This document shows, piece after piece, positions 37,326-50,787 of a stretch of DNA of 64,000 bases. Made by a program: the position numbers and the translations under genes. Under the pieces are notes generated by a model that was not told the DNA's origin, searched no databases, and saw only the letters and a list, made by a program, of their open reading frames with translations. The number at the start of each line of letters is the position of its first letter. Within the stretch, counting starts at the first letter, position 1. This stretch comes from Camelus dromedarius. Taxonomy: Eukaryota. Location of the stretch: the NCBI RefSeq assembly GCF_036321535.1, contig NC_087436.1:108130001-108194000 (forward strand), in the 5' to 3' direction.

Positions 37326-39221
37326 AAGTGAATTATATTAGAGTGGAAATTTAAAGTGCTATTCCATTTAATCTTTGTTGAGTATTTACTATTTGTAAAA
37401 TATTGAACTTTATAGATCACAAATATGAAAGGTGAACAGGTCATTTTCTTTTCCCCCAAAGGTATATTCTCCTTTCATATAAAGCATGTCTTTCGTTTAA
37501 TACCTTTTCTAACCCACTGAGTGATGCCATTCACTGTCTTACTTTTTCACTTGGTATATGTTGTAATTCATCATCTGTAAGCCACTCACAATTTCTGAAT
37601 CCGTTTTCCTAATCTTTAAAACAAAGACCCATGCTGTCTAATTTAGAATGTTTATGATTTTGTGATTTCAAACAAATCACTAGAAATATCTAGCTGAAAA
37701 TGTGCTGGGAACCGTAGTACTGCATACAACATAATGGAGCATTTACTGCTAGTATTATATTCGGCTAACCTCAAAGCTTCCTTAATCCATTTGAATTATT
37801 ATAGACAACCTATCATATTGAATGTTAAATATTTGTATAAAAATGTGAAGGGTTCCATATTTTCAATTATTGTATTTGAAAATTTCCTAAATGAGGGCAA
37901 CAGAAATATAAAATACAAGTCACATTCAGAAATTGATTTGAATTTTCTAAGTGGAACCTGTCCTGACAATTCAGGTGTTAACTCAGCAAGTCTCCAGTAG
38001 GGATATTCAGGTCACTCCTTCCTTGACACAGATTATTTTCAAGCTGCTTTTTGAACTTGATGCCTCCTAGCCAGGCTTTTACTGGTATCTTAAAAATTAT
38101 AAAAAGGCAGAATTAGGTACTTTCATAAATAATGTCTCTTTTTTCCCACTATAAACCCTGTGTTCCTTTATATGCAGGAGTCATGCTCTGGTCATATAAT
38201 AAACATAAAAATCAACAGACATTATGAAAACATTTTTTATTTCATAAGAAGCTCTGCACAGTGACTCAAAGGCATAGCTCTCCCTCACTAATGACTGGAA
38301 AATAAGGGATATGTTCCCTTTTTGTAATAATACTTTAGTGACTCAGAGATTTTACTAGGAAAAGAAAACTCATATATTTAATAAACTTGCTTTTTTTTTA
38401 AGGTGGAGTTGTGGGAAAGGGGGGCAAGATGTTGAGAAACACATGGAAGACCTGATTGAAAATATCGATCAATAATGGCCTCAATTAACTTATTTGTAAG
38501 GTGCTTTTTTTCTTACCCCAGAGATAAAAATGAGGAGCAGTTTTGCTCAAGTCATTAAGAGATGAATAGCAGGCAGTTTTTAATTATACACAATTTGTAC
38601 ATCTGCAAATAATTGCTTGGAAATTGCTACCTGGGTGATAGTAGTTGACAGAAAGCTACCAGGCAGGGAACACATCTTTAATACGAGTAATGGATACAAG
38701 ACCTTCTTGACCTGCGTGAAGACAGCAAAACAGAGCAAGAAATGCAGCAACACTCACAGCAGAGGGGCATGATTTCCTGGCTTCCAAATCTTTGGGGTGC
38801 TGGTTGCCACCGACAGCCCGTAATTAAGATGAGAAACCCTTCAGGGTCTTCTTAGATGTGTGCCTTTTGCCGTTTTTATGGGGGTTTATATCCTTTTACT
38901 TCTTTCTAACTAATTTTTATGCCTGTTTCCCAGTAGAAGAAAAGTACTTGCATTAACCTCAGAACATTCCTTAGTATTGACAGTGGCTCAGGGCAAATCA
39001 AGCAGCAATTTCCTTGGCATGATGTGACCCTAGGGGGCCAGCTTTAGGCCTCTGTGCCCTGGAGGATTGGATCTTATGGAAAACTAGCTTAGGCCTTGTT
39101 GTCTGTTGTGAAAACCAGCTTAAGCCTTTTAGTCTGTTAGTAAAAGTTTTAGGATGGCAAAATTATGGCACATTCTCATATGAAAAGTTCCCTCCAGGGT
39201 TGGAAGCGGCTGCAGACTTAC

Positions 39222-39483
39222 CTGGAGAGTCTGGACCGCATGAAGTGTTTCTGTAGCGGATGCAGACTGATCTCCCAGGCCTGCGGACATCTATTGTTTG
39301 TCTGGAATGGTGTTTTGCCTTTTTAAGTTGAATCTGAATGCTTTGGTTGGAACATGACTGCTGTCTGCCACAGCTCTGAAACGCCCCATGCACTGCTTTT
39401 CCCTGGGCCCATTTCACATCCCCTGTATTTCCAATTTTATACTGTGAGTCTTGGTCAGATTTTCTGTTTAGAGCCTGGAATAT
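39222..39483 (-). pseudogene. Exon, 262 nt, phase 0->1, fully open: IFQALNRKSDQDSQYKIGNTGDVKWAQGKAVHGAFQ...SCGPDSP
   Basis: Strong TTTTCTCTATTTATGCAG acceptor and CAG|GTAAGT donor; lies in ORF-track 39163..39489. Confidence 0.6.
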
Positions 39484-42400
39484 CTGCATAAATAGAGAAA
39501 ATTAGAAGTTTCTTAGTTAAACCACTCGAGTTAGGCTCTCAGGGAAGCAGTGTTCAGCAGCCAGAGAGTTGGCAGATCATCAGAGGAGTTACGGAGAGCA
39601 TTGATGGTATGGGTCATAAGCTGGCCCTGAAAGATAAGGGGTCAAGGTTTTATATCCAGGCCATTAAGGACTCCGAGCCCAAAACCTTGGCCGAGTGAGT
39701 GGACAATAAATATAGGGACTAGAGGAACTAGATCTAGGGACTAGTTGGAACACCTGATTAGGGCTAGTTAGCCAAGCAAATCTTTATAACTATTAGTCAT
39801 TAACGCTAGTTTTCACTGTTTTTTTCTTCTGTTCAAATAAAAGCATTTGAGCGTAGCTTCAGAAAGAAGGTCAAAGGTTCTAAAAACCTTTTTTTCTATA
39901 GCCTACCTTGTTTTTCACTTACCTGTCCTTTATGTATGATTTCTTACTTACTTCTGCTTTTTACACTTTTAATCTTCACAGTATTTTTTTTTAAACCCAC
40001 TTCTGATTCCTTCTACTGGTTTCTTCCCCTGATCTTTGGAAATGATTATTGATACGCCCAGCACGCTGCCCCTCCAGCCTAGAATGCATATTGCCTGCCT
40101 TTCGTTACTCAAAAAACCCCAAGCACTACACTCTTTATATCACTGCATTTCATTCCTGCCATAGTCTCAGGAAGTAGGTGCTGTCATACCCATTTTACAG
40201 ATGACAAGAATGAATCTCACAGAACTGTAATTTTATAAATGTGCTGTAAACAAATTTTATAATTCATGGTAAAGGGCCCAAAGTGACACACCTGATTTGA
40301 ACTCTCACCTTCCGGCCCCAAAGTTGTCATCTTTTTCGGGTGCTGCCTCCTGATTCTACTCAGCCTCTTCAAGACCAAATCAGTCATTCTGAACTCCTAA
40401 AGCGTGAATATGTCTGTCTATTATGGCACTTACTATTTCACGGTATCGTTGATGTATTGCAGGCTGCATCCTCCACCAGACTGTGAAACGCTTGAGACAG
40501 TGGCTGTGACTTACTCATTTTAGTATCCTCTGTACTGGGTGAAGTCCTCATTCCTGAGTCCAGGCTTAATTCTTGAATAGATATTGAATGATATGAATCT
40601 ATGTATTTGATTAAAATAATCAACAGAAAGAGGACTTGGGACCCAGGCCTTATTTGGTTTATTTCAGGCATAAGTCACCTGGGGTGGTTACTTTCCTTCT
40701 CTGAGTGTTCATGATCTGAACAAATCCAGACAGAAGTAATCAGCAGAGCTGCCGTTAGAATTTGGACTGTCTGGTCACGTGTCTTGTGAAGTGTGCAATA
40801 CAGGTTAACAACTCGGCTATGATCAAAGCATACGTAAATAATAAACACTGATTACTGTTTTTCCTACTCCGCTTGCTCTAAATCAATGGTACTGCCATAT
40901 TTAATATCTGTTTAATCAAGCACTAATTTTTTGAAAAACTACTTTTACATTGAAATATTTAATTGGATGCTAATTTGCAATTTTTTTCTCCTTGTTTTTA
41001 AAATGTAGAGTGCATCAATATTACCTTTTTTAATTTCTGACTTAAGAAATGAATATCCAAGCATTAAACGTAGGATGCCTGGTGCAGTGGATCTAGTCCT
41101 AGACTAGGTGGATGGGGAACAGGAGACTTAGTGATGGAGAGTTGAGGCCTGAGGGCTTGGTCCCAACTCTGCTCTCTGGTCTGCTTACCTGCTAGATCAA
41201 TGTTTCCTAAATGTCAGTAATTTTTGTACCATCTTCATATCCTGGATAGATCTAAGGACTGCTTTTATACTAGTTGTTTCCTTTAAACAGACATGAAATC
41301 AATCAACCTTTTTTTTTTTTTTTAAACGTACATTCTCTTAAACAACAGTATCTGTGAAATCACAGGCTGGAATTGCTATTTCTTCATGACACATCTGTAT
41401 GGAATTTGGTGAAACTACCCACCCAGACTAGGAGTAGTAACTTTTTGAGTCTTTTGCTTACCTCCTGAATTACTTACAAACTGCTTTTGTAAGTAATTAC
41501 AAATTACTTACTGCTTACAAACTGAATTAACACACATGTAAAACAAATACATTCCTATTAAAATCAACTTTTAACAGAGTACGTTACTCCCTGGAAACAT
41601 CCAGTGGACCCCCAGTGTCACCCAGTCCATCATGATTTGGAAAATTCTGGACAAGTTGTCTCTTCTGAAGTCCCTTCTGTATTTTAACGTCTATAAAAGT
41701 TTTGTTGTTTAAAATATATATATATATCTTCTTACTGATCATCGGGTAATCCAAGCTCACAGAGGCCTGAAGGGCCAGATGACCTTTTGAGTTTGGATTA
41801 GTAAAACTTTGCTAATGACAAAAAGTTTGAAACAAATGATCAGAAGTCAAGGTGGGGGCTCCTCTTCTTGCCTGGAGAAGTTTGGAATAGTGCCCACCTA
41901 GGAAGAAGAGGATATCAGTTTCTGAACAAGTTTATTCAGACAAAGGAGGGTGAAATAAAATATTACCTAATCCTAACATCACAGAAGTTTGTTTTTTTTT
42001 TAATGGAAAACCTGTCATAAATACAAATACTCAATTAAAGAGGAATAAGAGACATTAAAGTGAAAAGCCGGAAAATCATAGTGAGCTTTGGAGAAGAATA
42101 ATTATTCCACAATTTGCTTATTTATGATACAATGATAGTTTATTATTTAAGCTTCCAAAAAGAAATTATGGTGGCATGTGATTTAGAAATAAGGCTATAG
42201 CCCACTAGGGAAATTAAAGGAAAGTATATTTCTACCAAGGAAAAATGCAGCAATAATTGTCGTATTTATAATAGCATGTTGATTTTTCCCTCACTGACAT
42301 AGAGTTTAAACTCATTTTTGTTGCCATCTTATTTTCTGAAACTAAGGCTCATTTCATTGCGATTTTCATAGCAGAGGGAATACAGAGTGATGTGTATTTA

Positions 42401-42716
42401 AGAACATATTCAATATTATAGTTGAAGATTATATTAAAGAATAACTATTCCTATTTTGTAATGTAAAGCCATATTAAAAAAAGAAATAATGCACATTTTT
42501 TTATGTTTATCATAAAAAAGGTACATGATATAAACGTATAAACTCGAAAGTAACTATGAATGCAGCTTCATTTGCCTTTCTAATGGGTCTGTTCATGCAG
42601 AGATAACATAAACCGTCGTTACGGGCATCCCACATCATCCTCAGCCCAAGAATATTTCTAAGAGCCTGTGTCACTTTCATACTTCAGTTGATTTATTTAA
42701 AAATATATCGGGACGC

Positions 42717-43184
42717 TGTTAGGGGATGAATTTTATCCCCCAGAAAGATATGTTGAAGTCCTGACTGCCAGGACCTCAGAATGTGATCTTATTTGAAATA
42801 GGGTCATTAATTACTTAGGCTAACTAATTCGATGTAACTAAGGTGTTAAGATGAGCTCATTTTGAAGTAGGATGGGCCCTTAATCCAATGTGACTGGTGT
42901 CCTTATAAGAAGAGAAGAGACACAGACAGAGACGCACAGGAAGGACATCACGTGATGATGGAGATGGAGACTGAAGGGCCGGAAAGCACGGAACAGCACA
43001 GGTTGTCAGAAACCCACCAGAATCTAGGAAGAGGCCAGGAAGGATTCTCCCCTACAGGTTTCAGAGGGAGCATGGCCCTGCTAACACCTTGATCTCAGAC
43101 CTCTAGCCTCCAGAAAATACATTTCTGTTCTTTTAAGCCACCGTTTTGCCCTAATTTGTTAGTTCAGCCTGAGGAAACTGATAC
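42717..43184 (+). mobile_element. MaLR solo LTR (MLT1C-like)
   Basis: TGTT...GATATGTTGAAGTCCT...CAGAATGTGATCTTATTTGAAATAGGGTC...GGAAACTGATACA. Confidence 0.85.
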
Positions 43185-43189
43185 AGGCA

Positions 43190-44850
43190 GGGACAACATA
43201 TCCAGGAACGACTGTAGACATTTGACGTACATCAGTAAACCATACAGACTAAGATTTCTGCCTTGATATGGTTTATATTCTCAAGAGGGAAGGAAAACAA
43301 GTAAATTGGACAGTATGTTCAATGGTAATGAGTATCAGTATTGCAAAAGGACAGGTGGATGGAAGGGGAAGGATAGAAGGTTACAGTGGAAAATGTGCCC
43401 AGATAAAAGTAACATTTGGGCAAAATTTGAAGATGGGGAAAGTGTAAAATACTTGGGAAAAACATTCCCAGGAGCAGGAAGCCCCAAGTGCAAAGCCTTA
43501 GGGCTGGAACCTGCCCGGTCTGTTGGAGGAACAGCCAGAAGTCACGATGGCCCTAGTGAGCCCCTAGTAAGCCAGAGGGAGAATAAAAGGAGCCGAGTTT
43601 AGGGGAGTAATAGAGGAACCAGTCTTCCAGGGCCTTGCATGGTTTTATTGTTAAATGAAATGAGGAGCCACTGAAGGTTAAAAAAGCAAGGACATGACAT
43701 GTCTTGACCTACTTTGTTTTTTTTAATCGGCAAGGAAATAAGAAAGCTTTCTTTAGTTACAAGTAGAATGGTTGTCTGCATAAAAAATCCTAAGGCATGT
43801 TCAAAGTTACTACAGAAAAATCTATTTTATTTCTATTTACAAACCAGAAATATATGAAAAATTAAGTCTAAAATATGTTGCAATAACAACAAAACATAGT
43901 CTAAAAATACATTTCAAGATTCAAGATTACCATGTTTAATACTTATATAATATTGCAGAAAGAAATTAAATGAGACCAAAATAAATAGAGATATATCATG
44001 GGTTGAAAGCTGTCCATTATCCTTCATTTATAAGTTCAACACATTCTGAACAAAAATGTCACCCGGCATTTTTATAGAAATTGAAAAACTGATTAAAAAG
44101 AGAATTAAATTTGGAAGACTTTCACTATCTCATTTTAGGACTTAATATAAAGGTATATGAAGATATTACGGTACTGAAAAAAGTACAGGTAATTTATTCA
44201 GTGGCACAGAGTTCTGAAATAGACTTACACAAATACTGTTGATTTCTCTTTACAAAGATATGAAATCAATTCAAATGTGGAAAACTGCATTTTCAACAAA
44301 TGGCATTAAAATTACTGGATACATTTAAAGACTAAAAAAGGAAAAATGTGGAGTTTTTTAAACTTTTTTATTGAAGTATTGTCAGTTGCAATGTGTCAAT
44401 TTCTAGTGTACAGCATAATGTTTCAGTCGTACATATATATACACATATTTGTTTTCATATTCTTTTTCGTTATAGGTTACTACAAGATATTGAATATAGT
44501 TCCCTGTGCTATACAGAAGAAACTGGTTGTTTGTCTATTTTTAAAAGAATCACATTTGGCCTGTGTTCACAATTGACTGTAAAGGGTACGGGCAGGAGCC
44601 AGAAAACCAATTCCTAGGCTATTTCAACAGTTCAGACAAGAGACCGTGCTTAGACCAGGGTGATGGCATTGGAGGGGTAAACAGTGGTTGGGTTATAGAG
44701 AGAGCTAACAAGATTTCCTGGCACATGGGATATGGGGTAGGAACAAAAGAAGGGGGTTAAAGATAACGCCTAGATTTCTGTCCTCTAGAAGAATGGAATT
44801 GTTGTCATCTAAAATGTGCAGGCAGACTGGGGGGTCGGGGCCAGGGACAC
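43190..44850. mobile_element. L2 interrupted by an old L1 ORF2 fragment (~43750-44345, +) and a young L1 3' end (~44360-44540, -)
   Basis: L2 motif GACATGAC...TTTT breaks at ~43725 and resumes at TTTAAAAGAATCAC ~44540. Confidence 0.65.
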
Positions 44851-44989
44851 CTTGCCTTTTGGAGATGTACTTTATCTACTTCATTTCCTAATTCTTACTC
44901 CTCAGTTCCTTTTTGTGTTTAAAATATAGTCTGTTTCAATGTTTAGTATCTAGATTTGTTACTTTCATATGATGTCTGTTTTTTTAAAT

Positions 44990-47675
44990 GAGACTTTATG
45001 TTTTTAGAGTAATTTTAAGTTTACAGAAAAATTGAGATGAAGGTACAGAGAATTCCCATGTATCCCCTATATCCACTCAAGCATAGCCTCCCTCCTCCAT
45101 TTTCAACATCCCTCACCAGAGTGGTACACTTGTTATAAGTGATGAACATACACTGACATATCATAATCACCCAAAGCCCACAGTTTACATTATGGCTTCC
45201 TCTTGGTGTTGTATATTCTATAGGTTTAGACAAATGTGTAATAACATAAACCCATCATTATGGTATCATATAGTATATTTTCACTGCCCTAAAAATCCTC
45301 TGTGCTTTATGTATTCATTCCGCCACCTACTCCCTATCTGCAACCCTAGAAACCTCTGATTTTTTTTTACTGTCATCATCGTTTGCCTTTCCCAGAATGT
45401 CGTGTAGTTGGAATCATACAGTTTGTAGTCTTTTCAGATTGGCTTCTTTCACTTAGTCACATGCATTTAAGGTTCCTCCACGTCTTCATGATTTGATGGT
45501 AGCCCGTTTCTTTTCAGCACTGAATGACAGTCCATTGTCTGAATGTATCACAGTTTGCTTATCCTGTCACCTCCTGAAGTGCATCCTGGTTGCTTCCAAG
45601 TTTTGGCGATTATGAGTAAAGTTATAAGCATCTGCATTCAAGTTTTTGTGTGGACTTGTGTTTTTAACATAATTGCTGGATCTATGACAAGAAAATGTAT
45701 TGGAAGAAACGTTTTTCTCATTTTATAAGAAACCACCAAACTGCCTTCCACACTGGCTGTGACATTTTGCATACTTACTCCCAATGAATGGGAGTTTCTG
45801 CTAGGACTGGGGGTTATCTGTGTTCCAGATTTTGGCCTTTTTAATTTGTGTGTGTGGTATCTCACTGTTTAAACTTACATTTCCCTGATGACATGTAATG
45901 TGTAGAATATTTTCAAATGCTTATTTGCCAGTTATAGATCTTCTTTGATGAGATGTGTGTTTAGGGTCTTTGTCCTGTTTTTTAATCAGGTTGCTTTCTT
46001 ATTGTTGAGTTTAAGAAATTTTGTACATTTTGAACAGTTCTTTATCAGATGTGTCTTTGGCAAATGTCCTCTCACTGTGTGGTTTGTCTTTTAATTCTCT
46101 TGACATTGTCTTTCAAAGAGCCAAGTTTCTAGTTGAATGAATTCTAGCTTGTCAATTATTTTTTTCATGAATCTTGCTTTCGGTGTTGTACTAAAAATTC
46201 ATCACCATACCAAGAGTCATCTAGGTTTTGTCCTGTGTTATCTTCTAGGAGCTCTGTAGTTTGCCATTTTACATTTAGGGTTTTTTTTTTTTTTTTATCC
46301 CTTTTGAGTGAAGAGTATAAGGTCTGTTTCTAGATTCATTTTTTGAATGTGGTTGTTAAGTTGTTCCATCACCATTTGTTGAAAAGACTGCTGCTCCATT
46401 GTGTTGATTTAGCTCCTTTGTCAAAGATCAATTGGCTTTATTTATGTGGGTCTATTTCTGGGCTCTCTACTCTGTTCCAATGATCCATTTGTCTGTCCGT
46501 TGACTAATACAACACTGTCTCAATGACTGTAGCTGTACATTAAGTCTTGAAGTTGATAGTGTCACTCCTCCAACTTTGTTCTTCTCCTTCAATGTTGCAT
46601 TGGTTGTTTGGAGTCTTTCACACCTTCATATAAACTTTAGAATCAATTTGTTGATACACAGAAAATGACTTGCTGGGATTTTTATTGTGATTGCATTGAA
46701 TCTATAGATTAAATAGGGAAGAACTGAAATCTTGATAATATTGAGTCTTCTTGTTCACATTGAATAACTCTTCATTTATTTAGTTCTTCTTTGATTTCAA
46801 TCCTCAGAATTTTGTAGTTTTCTTCATATAGATCTTGTACACATTTTGTTGGAGTTATACTAAGTATTTCTTTGGTCGGGGTGCTGAATGTAGACAGTAT
46901 TGTGCTTTTAATTTCAAATTCTACGTATTCACTGGTGGTGTATAGAAAAGTGATAGACTTTTGTATATTAATCTTGTATCCTGAAAGCTTTCTATAATTG
47001 TTTATTAGTTCCAGTAATTTTTTTTTGTTTTTTTTTGTTCTTAATTTATTAGGATTTTCTATATACATGATAATGCCAACTGTGAACAAAAGAAAGACTT
47101 ACCTCTTCATTTGCAATCTGTATACCTTTTATTTCTTTTTATCATTTGATTGCACTAGCTACAATTTTCAGTATGATGTTGAAAGAACTGGTGCGAGGGG
47201 ACATTCTTTTCTTGTACATAATCTTAGACGGAAAATTTCAAGTTTCTCATCATTAAGTATGATGTGAGCTATAGGTTTTTTGTAGATAATCTTTGTCAAT
47301 TTGAGAAAGTCTCCGTCTATCCCTGGTTACTGGGAATATTGTCCTGGGTATTGGATTTTGTCATATGCTTTTTCTGCATTTATTGATATGATCCTGTGGG
47401 TTTCTTTTTAGGGTTTTGATGTGATGGGTTGTATTAATTGATGTTTAAGTATTGAAGTAGCCTTGCATGCCTCAGATAAATCCCACTTGGGCTTGGTGTA
47501 TAATTCTTTTTATAAATTGATTTGATTTGCTGACATTTTGTTGAGGATTTTGTACCAATGTTCATGAGAGAGATTGGTCTGTAGTTTGCTTTTCTTGTAA
47601 TACATTTGTCTGGTTTTGATCCTTAGGGTAATGTTGGCCTCATGGAATGAGTTAGGAAGTATTCCCTCTGTTTCT
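44990..47675 (-). mobile_element. L1MC-like LINE-1, ~2.7 kb, ORF2 3' half + 3' UTR
   Basis: ORF2 RT remnants 'YIENP...KKLLELINNYRKLSGYKINIQKS...QDLYEENYK'; 3' UTR similar to the 5.9-6.9 kb copy. Confidence 0.9.
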
Positions 47676-48732
47676 AAGATGGCTATCTTTAATGTCATTA
47701 CTTTTACTTTATCTTACTCTGGTCATTCTTTTTTTTTCTTTTTCCTTTTCCTTCCTTTTTTTTTTCCATAATTTCAATTTTCAAATATTTTTCCTCCCTC
47801 CATCTTTTTCTCCTTCCTTTTTTCATTCCTTCTTTCTACCTACATTACTCTTAAGTTCCTAGTTTTAAAGTAACTAGTTGATAACAAGGGAACCCCGTCC
47901 CATGGAGGTGGCCACACTCAGGAGACAACAGCCTAATTCTCTCTATTTCTATGAACAATACAGGTGTGCTCCACTTCAGAGAGATGTAGGCTGGTTTTTC
48001 AGTCTGCCAGATGTATATTAAAATCAATAGTTATATCTCTTTAAGACCAATTGGCTCCATGGCATTTGCTTCTCAGTGATTTAGACTCCTTACCCTCAAT
48101 ATGCCCATAGCTATCCATCCTAAGAATGACTCTAACATGTGAGCTTTTTTGATGAGGTTTAGTAATACATATCTGTATGTATAATGGATTTAGATTTCAC
48201 ACAGTTAAGTGTTTTCGCCCCTTTATGTCTGTAGCTGGGAGGGTAAAAATAGTCACTAAAGAAGGTGGGAGTACATCCATTTTCTGTCAACAGTAGTAAG
48301 AGTTGCTTGTAAGCTGGTGAGCTTGTCTGACCAGAACACGTTCTGCCGGCGTGGTTTTATACCCTGGCAGGTTGTGTATCATATGCCTCAACAGTTGCAT
48401 CCCTCATGTCAAGGAGAGTTCTGCCTGCATGGATACAAAGTCACACTCTAATAATCTTTTTAGTTTGTGTTTATTCTATTCAGCTCAAGGCTGAATTAAT
48501 TTTCTCTGAACAGCAGGAGAAATGAAAGTGTCAATGGGGCCCTAGCTGGATCCACTGACAAATGGATGAATTGGTTTTCATAGAACGTTCCTCCAGAGAC
48601 AGATGTAAATATGTCCATGAATGTTCCTCACTATGTACATTTATGAAAACACCCAGGTCATATTTAATGGTAGTACTTGGGCAACACTAAGGGATTTCAA
48701 GAGATTATTTCAGAGTTAGAGTATATTAGCTT

Positions 48733-49217
48733 ATTAGTTATCTATTACTATGTAACAAATTACCTCAAAATTTAGGGTCTCAAAGCAGCATAAGCATTTA
48801 TTATCTCATAGCTTCTGTGGATGAGGAATCCTGGAGCTTAGCTGTTTTCTGGCCTGGGATTCCTCAGGTTATGACCATTTCAAGGTTTGACAGAGTCTGG
48901 AACATCCTCCATCAATGTAGCTCATTCATATGGTAAGTGAGTGACGCTGGTTGTTGGCAGGGGGCCTCAGTTCCTCTCCTGTGTGACACTCTCCACAGAG
49001 CTGCTTGAGGGTCCTCAGGAATGGTTACTGGCTCCACCCACAGAGGATGATCCAAGATGAAAAGCAAGGCTGAAGCTGCAAGGTCTTGCATGGCCTTGCC
49101 TCTGAAGCGCACACTCATGTCTACAACATACTGTTGGTTAGCATACCTCAGCCCTATCCAAGACGGCAGACGCCTGTGAGTATTGGGAGGCTGACGCACT
49201 GGGTGCCCTGACTGCAC
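48733..49217 (-). mobile_element. MaLR solo LTR (older MLT1)
   Basis: TTAGTTATCTATTACTATGTAACAAATTACCTCAAAATTTAG...CATTTATTATCTCATAGCTTCTGTGG. Confidence 0.75.
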
Positions 49218-50787
49218 CTGTCTACCTATACGGATATAGGATATACTCGATTGAGAAAGAAATCTTAATTAGTCCTCATTTTACAGCCTGGTGGAGTAGT
49301 CCCTGAGCCCATAGGCACTCAAGATGAAAGTGATGAAAACAAGGTCTGGGAACATTAAAATGAGCCTTATTCCCCCTAAAGATCCTTGAATAGGTAACTT
49401 AAGTGTTCTTTGCTGGCCATTTTTTTAAAACTGAGGACAATATTACCTCTGCTAGGAGGCTTTCGTGATACTGCCAAAGCAAGACACACTGCTTCTGTTT
49501 TTCTTAATATCCTTTACATGGTGCTCATTCTGATTTGCACTTACCATTTATTATGATTTGTATTGTGATTACTCTTTCCTCTATCAAGCTGTGGGGCTTG
49601 GAGCCATTGGCTTTGATAAAAAGTGATGGTAATACTGAATGCTTTGCTGAGTTAATCAGCTTTGATGTTGCATGTCCCTTTCTGCCCCGTCTGTACAATG
49701 AATAATTGATCTGTCAAACATAATACTCAGCTTTTCATTAAACAGCCATAGCGTACTAGATGTCTATTTAAAATATGCCGATATGGCTTAATTGTTTCCA
49801 TCAGATACTTTTTATCTCTTTAGTTAAATTAAGTGTTCACCACAGACAATCCAAAAAGTCAGCCTCCAGCTTTGAAATTTTATGATTCAGTGACAACAGA
49901 GTTCAGTCCAAATCTGTGCATCATCAATATGCTAGTTTTCTGCACAAAAACTGTTTGTTGTGTTTTCACTTTTAGGGCATATTATGGAATACAATGCAGT
50001 TCCATTCATTTAGTGCACATAATATTTCAACCAGGCTCAATCCTGACAACCAATTTCAGCCTAAAACAAAACAAAACAGAGAAAAGTGTTAGTTTTAAAA
50101 AAATGAATCTTTTTTTTTTTTCTCTCACCAAATAAATAGAAGGCCAGTGGAATGTTTACTTCTAACTTTGAGTTGGCAGGCCTGTATCATACATTTGGAA
50201 GAGTTATTTTTTAAAAGTAATAATATCACCGCTCTCCTCAGTGAATGGCAGTTCCAAAGGCTCTCTAATGACTAAGCAAAGGTTAAAGCACTGAGCAAAG
50301 GCAAAGCATGCAGTTTCTCCAAGTTTCTTTTTCTAAGAAAGCAAACAGTGGTCCTGATCTTCATGTTACATGTAATGCTTGGAGGCATTAGATTCTTCAG
50401 TTCTTGTTCTTCCATCTCCCTAACAATATGCTGAGGCATGAAGCGGTCCACCCAAAGCCCAGTGACATTGAGGAATGTTATTTCCCAAGAAAAATATGTG
50501 GTGCATCTACATGGCTGTTCTTGAGATTACAGAAGGAAGAGTTAGAGCACCTCCTGATATGGAAAATAAAAAAAAGCTTAAACCAGGTAAAGATATAGAG
50601 AGTGATATTAGGGACTATATATTTATCTTGGTCAATAATGCTAAGAGGCCACAGCGGTACCCTGTTCATTCCTTCATTGTTCATTTACATAAATGACTTC
50701 ATATTCCTATTGGTATTTCATGTATTCTTAATATACATATTTGATGTCACATGGATAAAATCCCTCATGTGATGATTTTCCCCTCTG

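Larger units (their letters stand above)
1..39483 (-). pseudogene. Candidate decayed multi-exon (unitary-type) pseudogene of an unidentified large protein; continues beyond left edge, 5' end not defined
   Basis: More than 12 minus-strand segments with canonical acceptors/donors. Phase-consistent runs: 1801-1621/989-922/601-210/24-1 and 21386-21237/20680-20253/19487-19472/17870-17729/16559-16507/15993-15841. Frames are long, with few in-frame stops, and transposons lie between the segments rather than in them. Confidence 0.7.
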
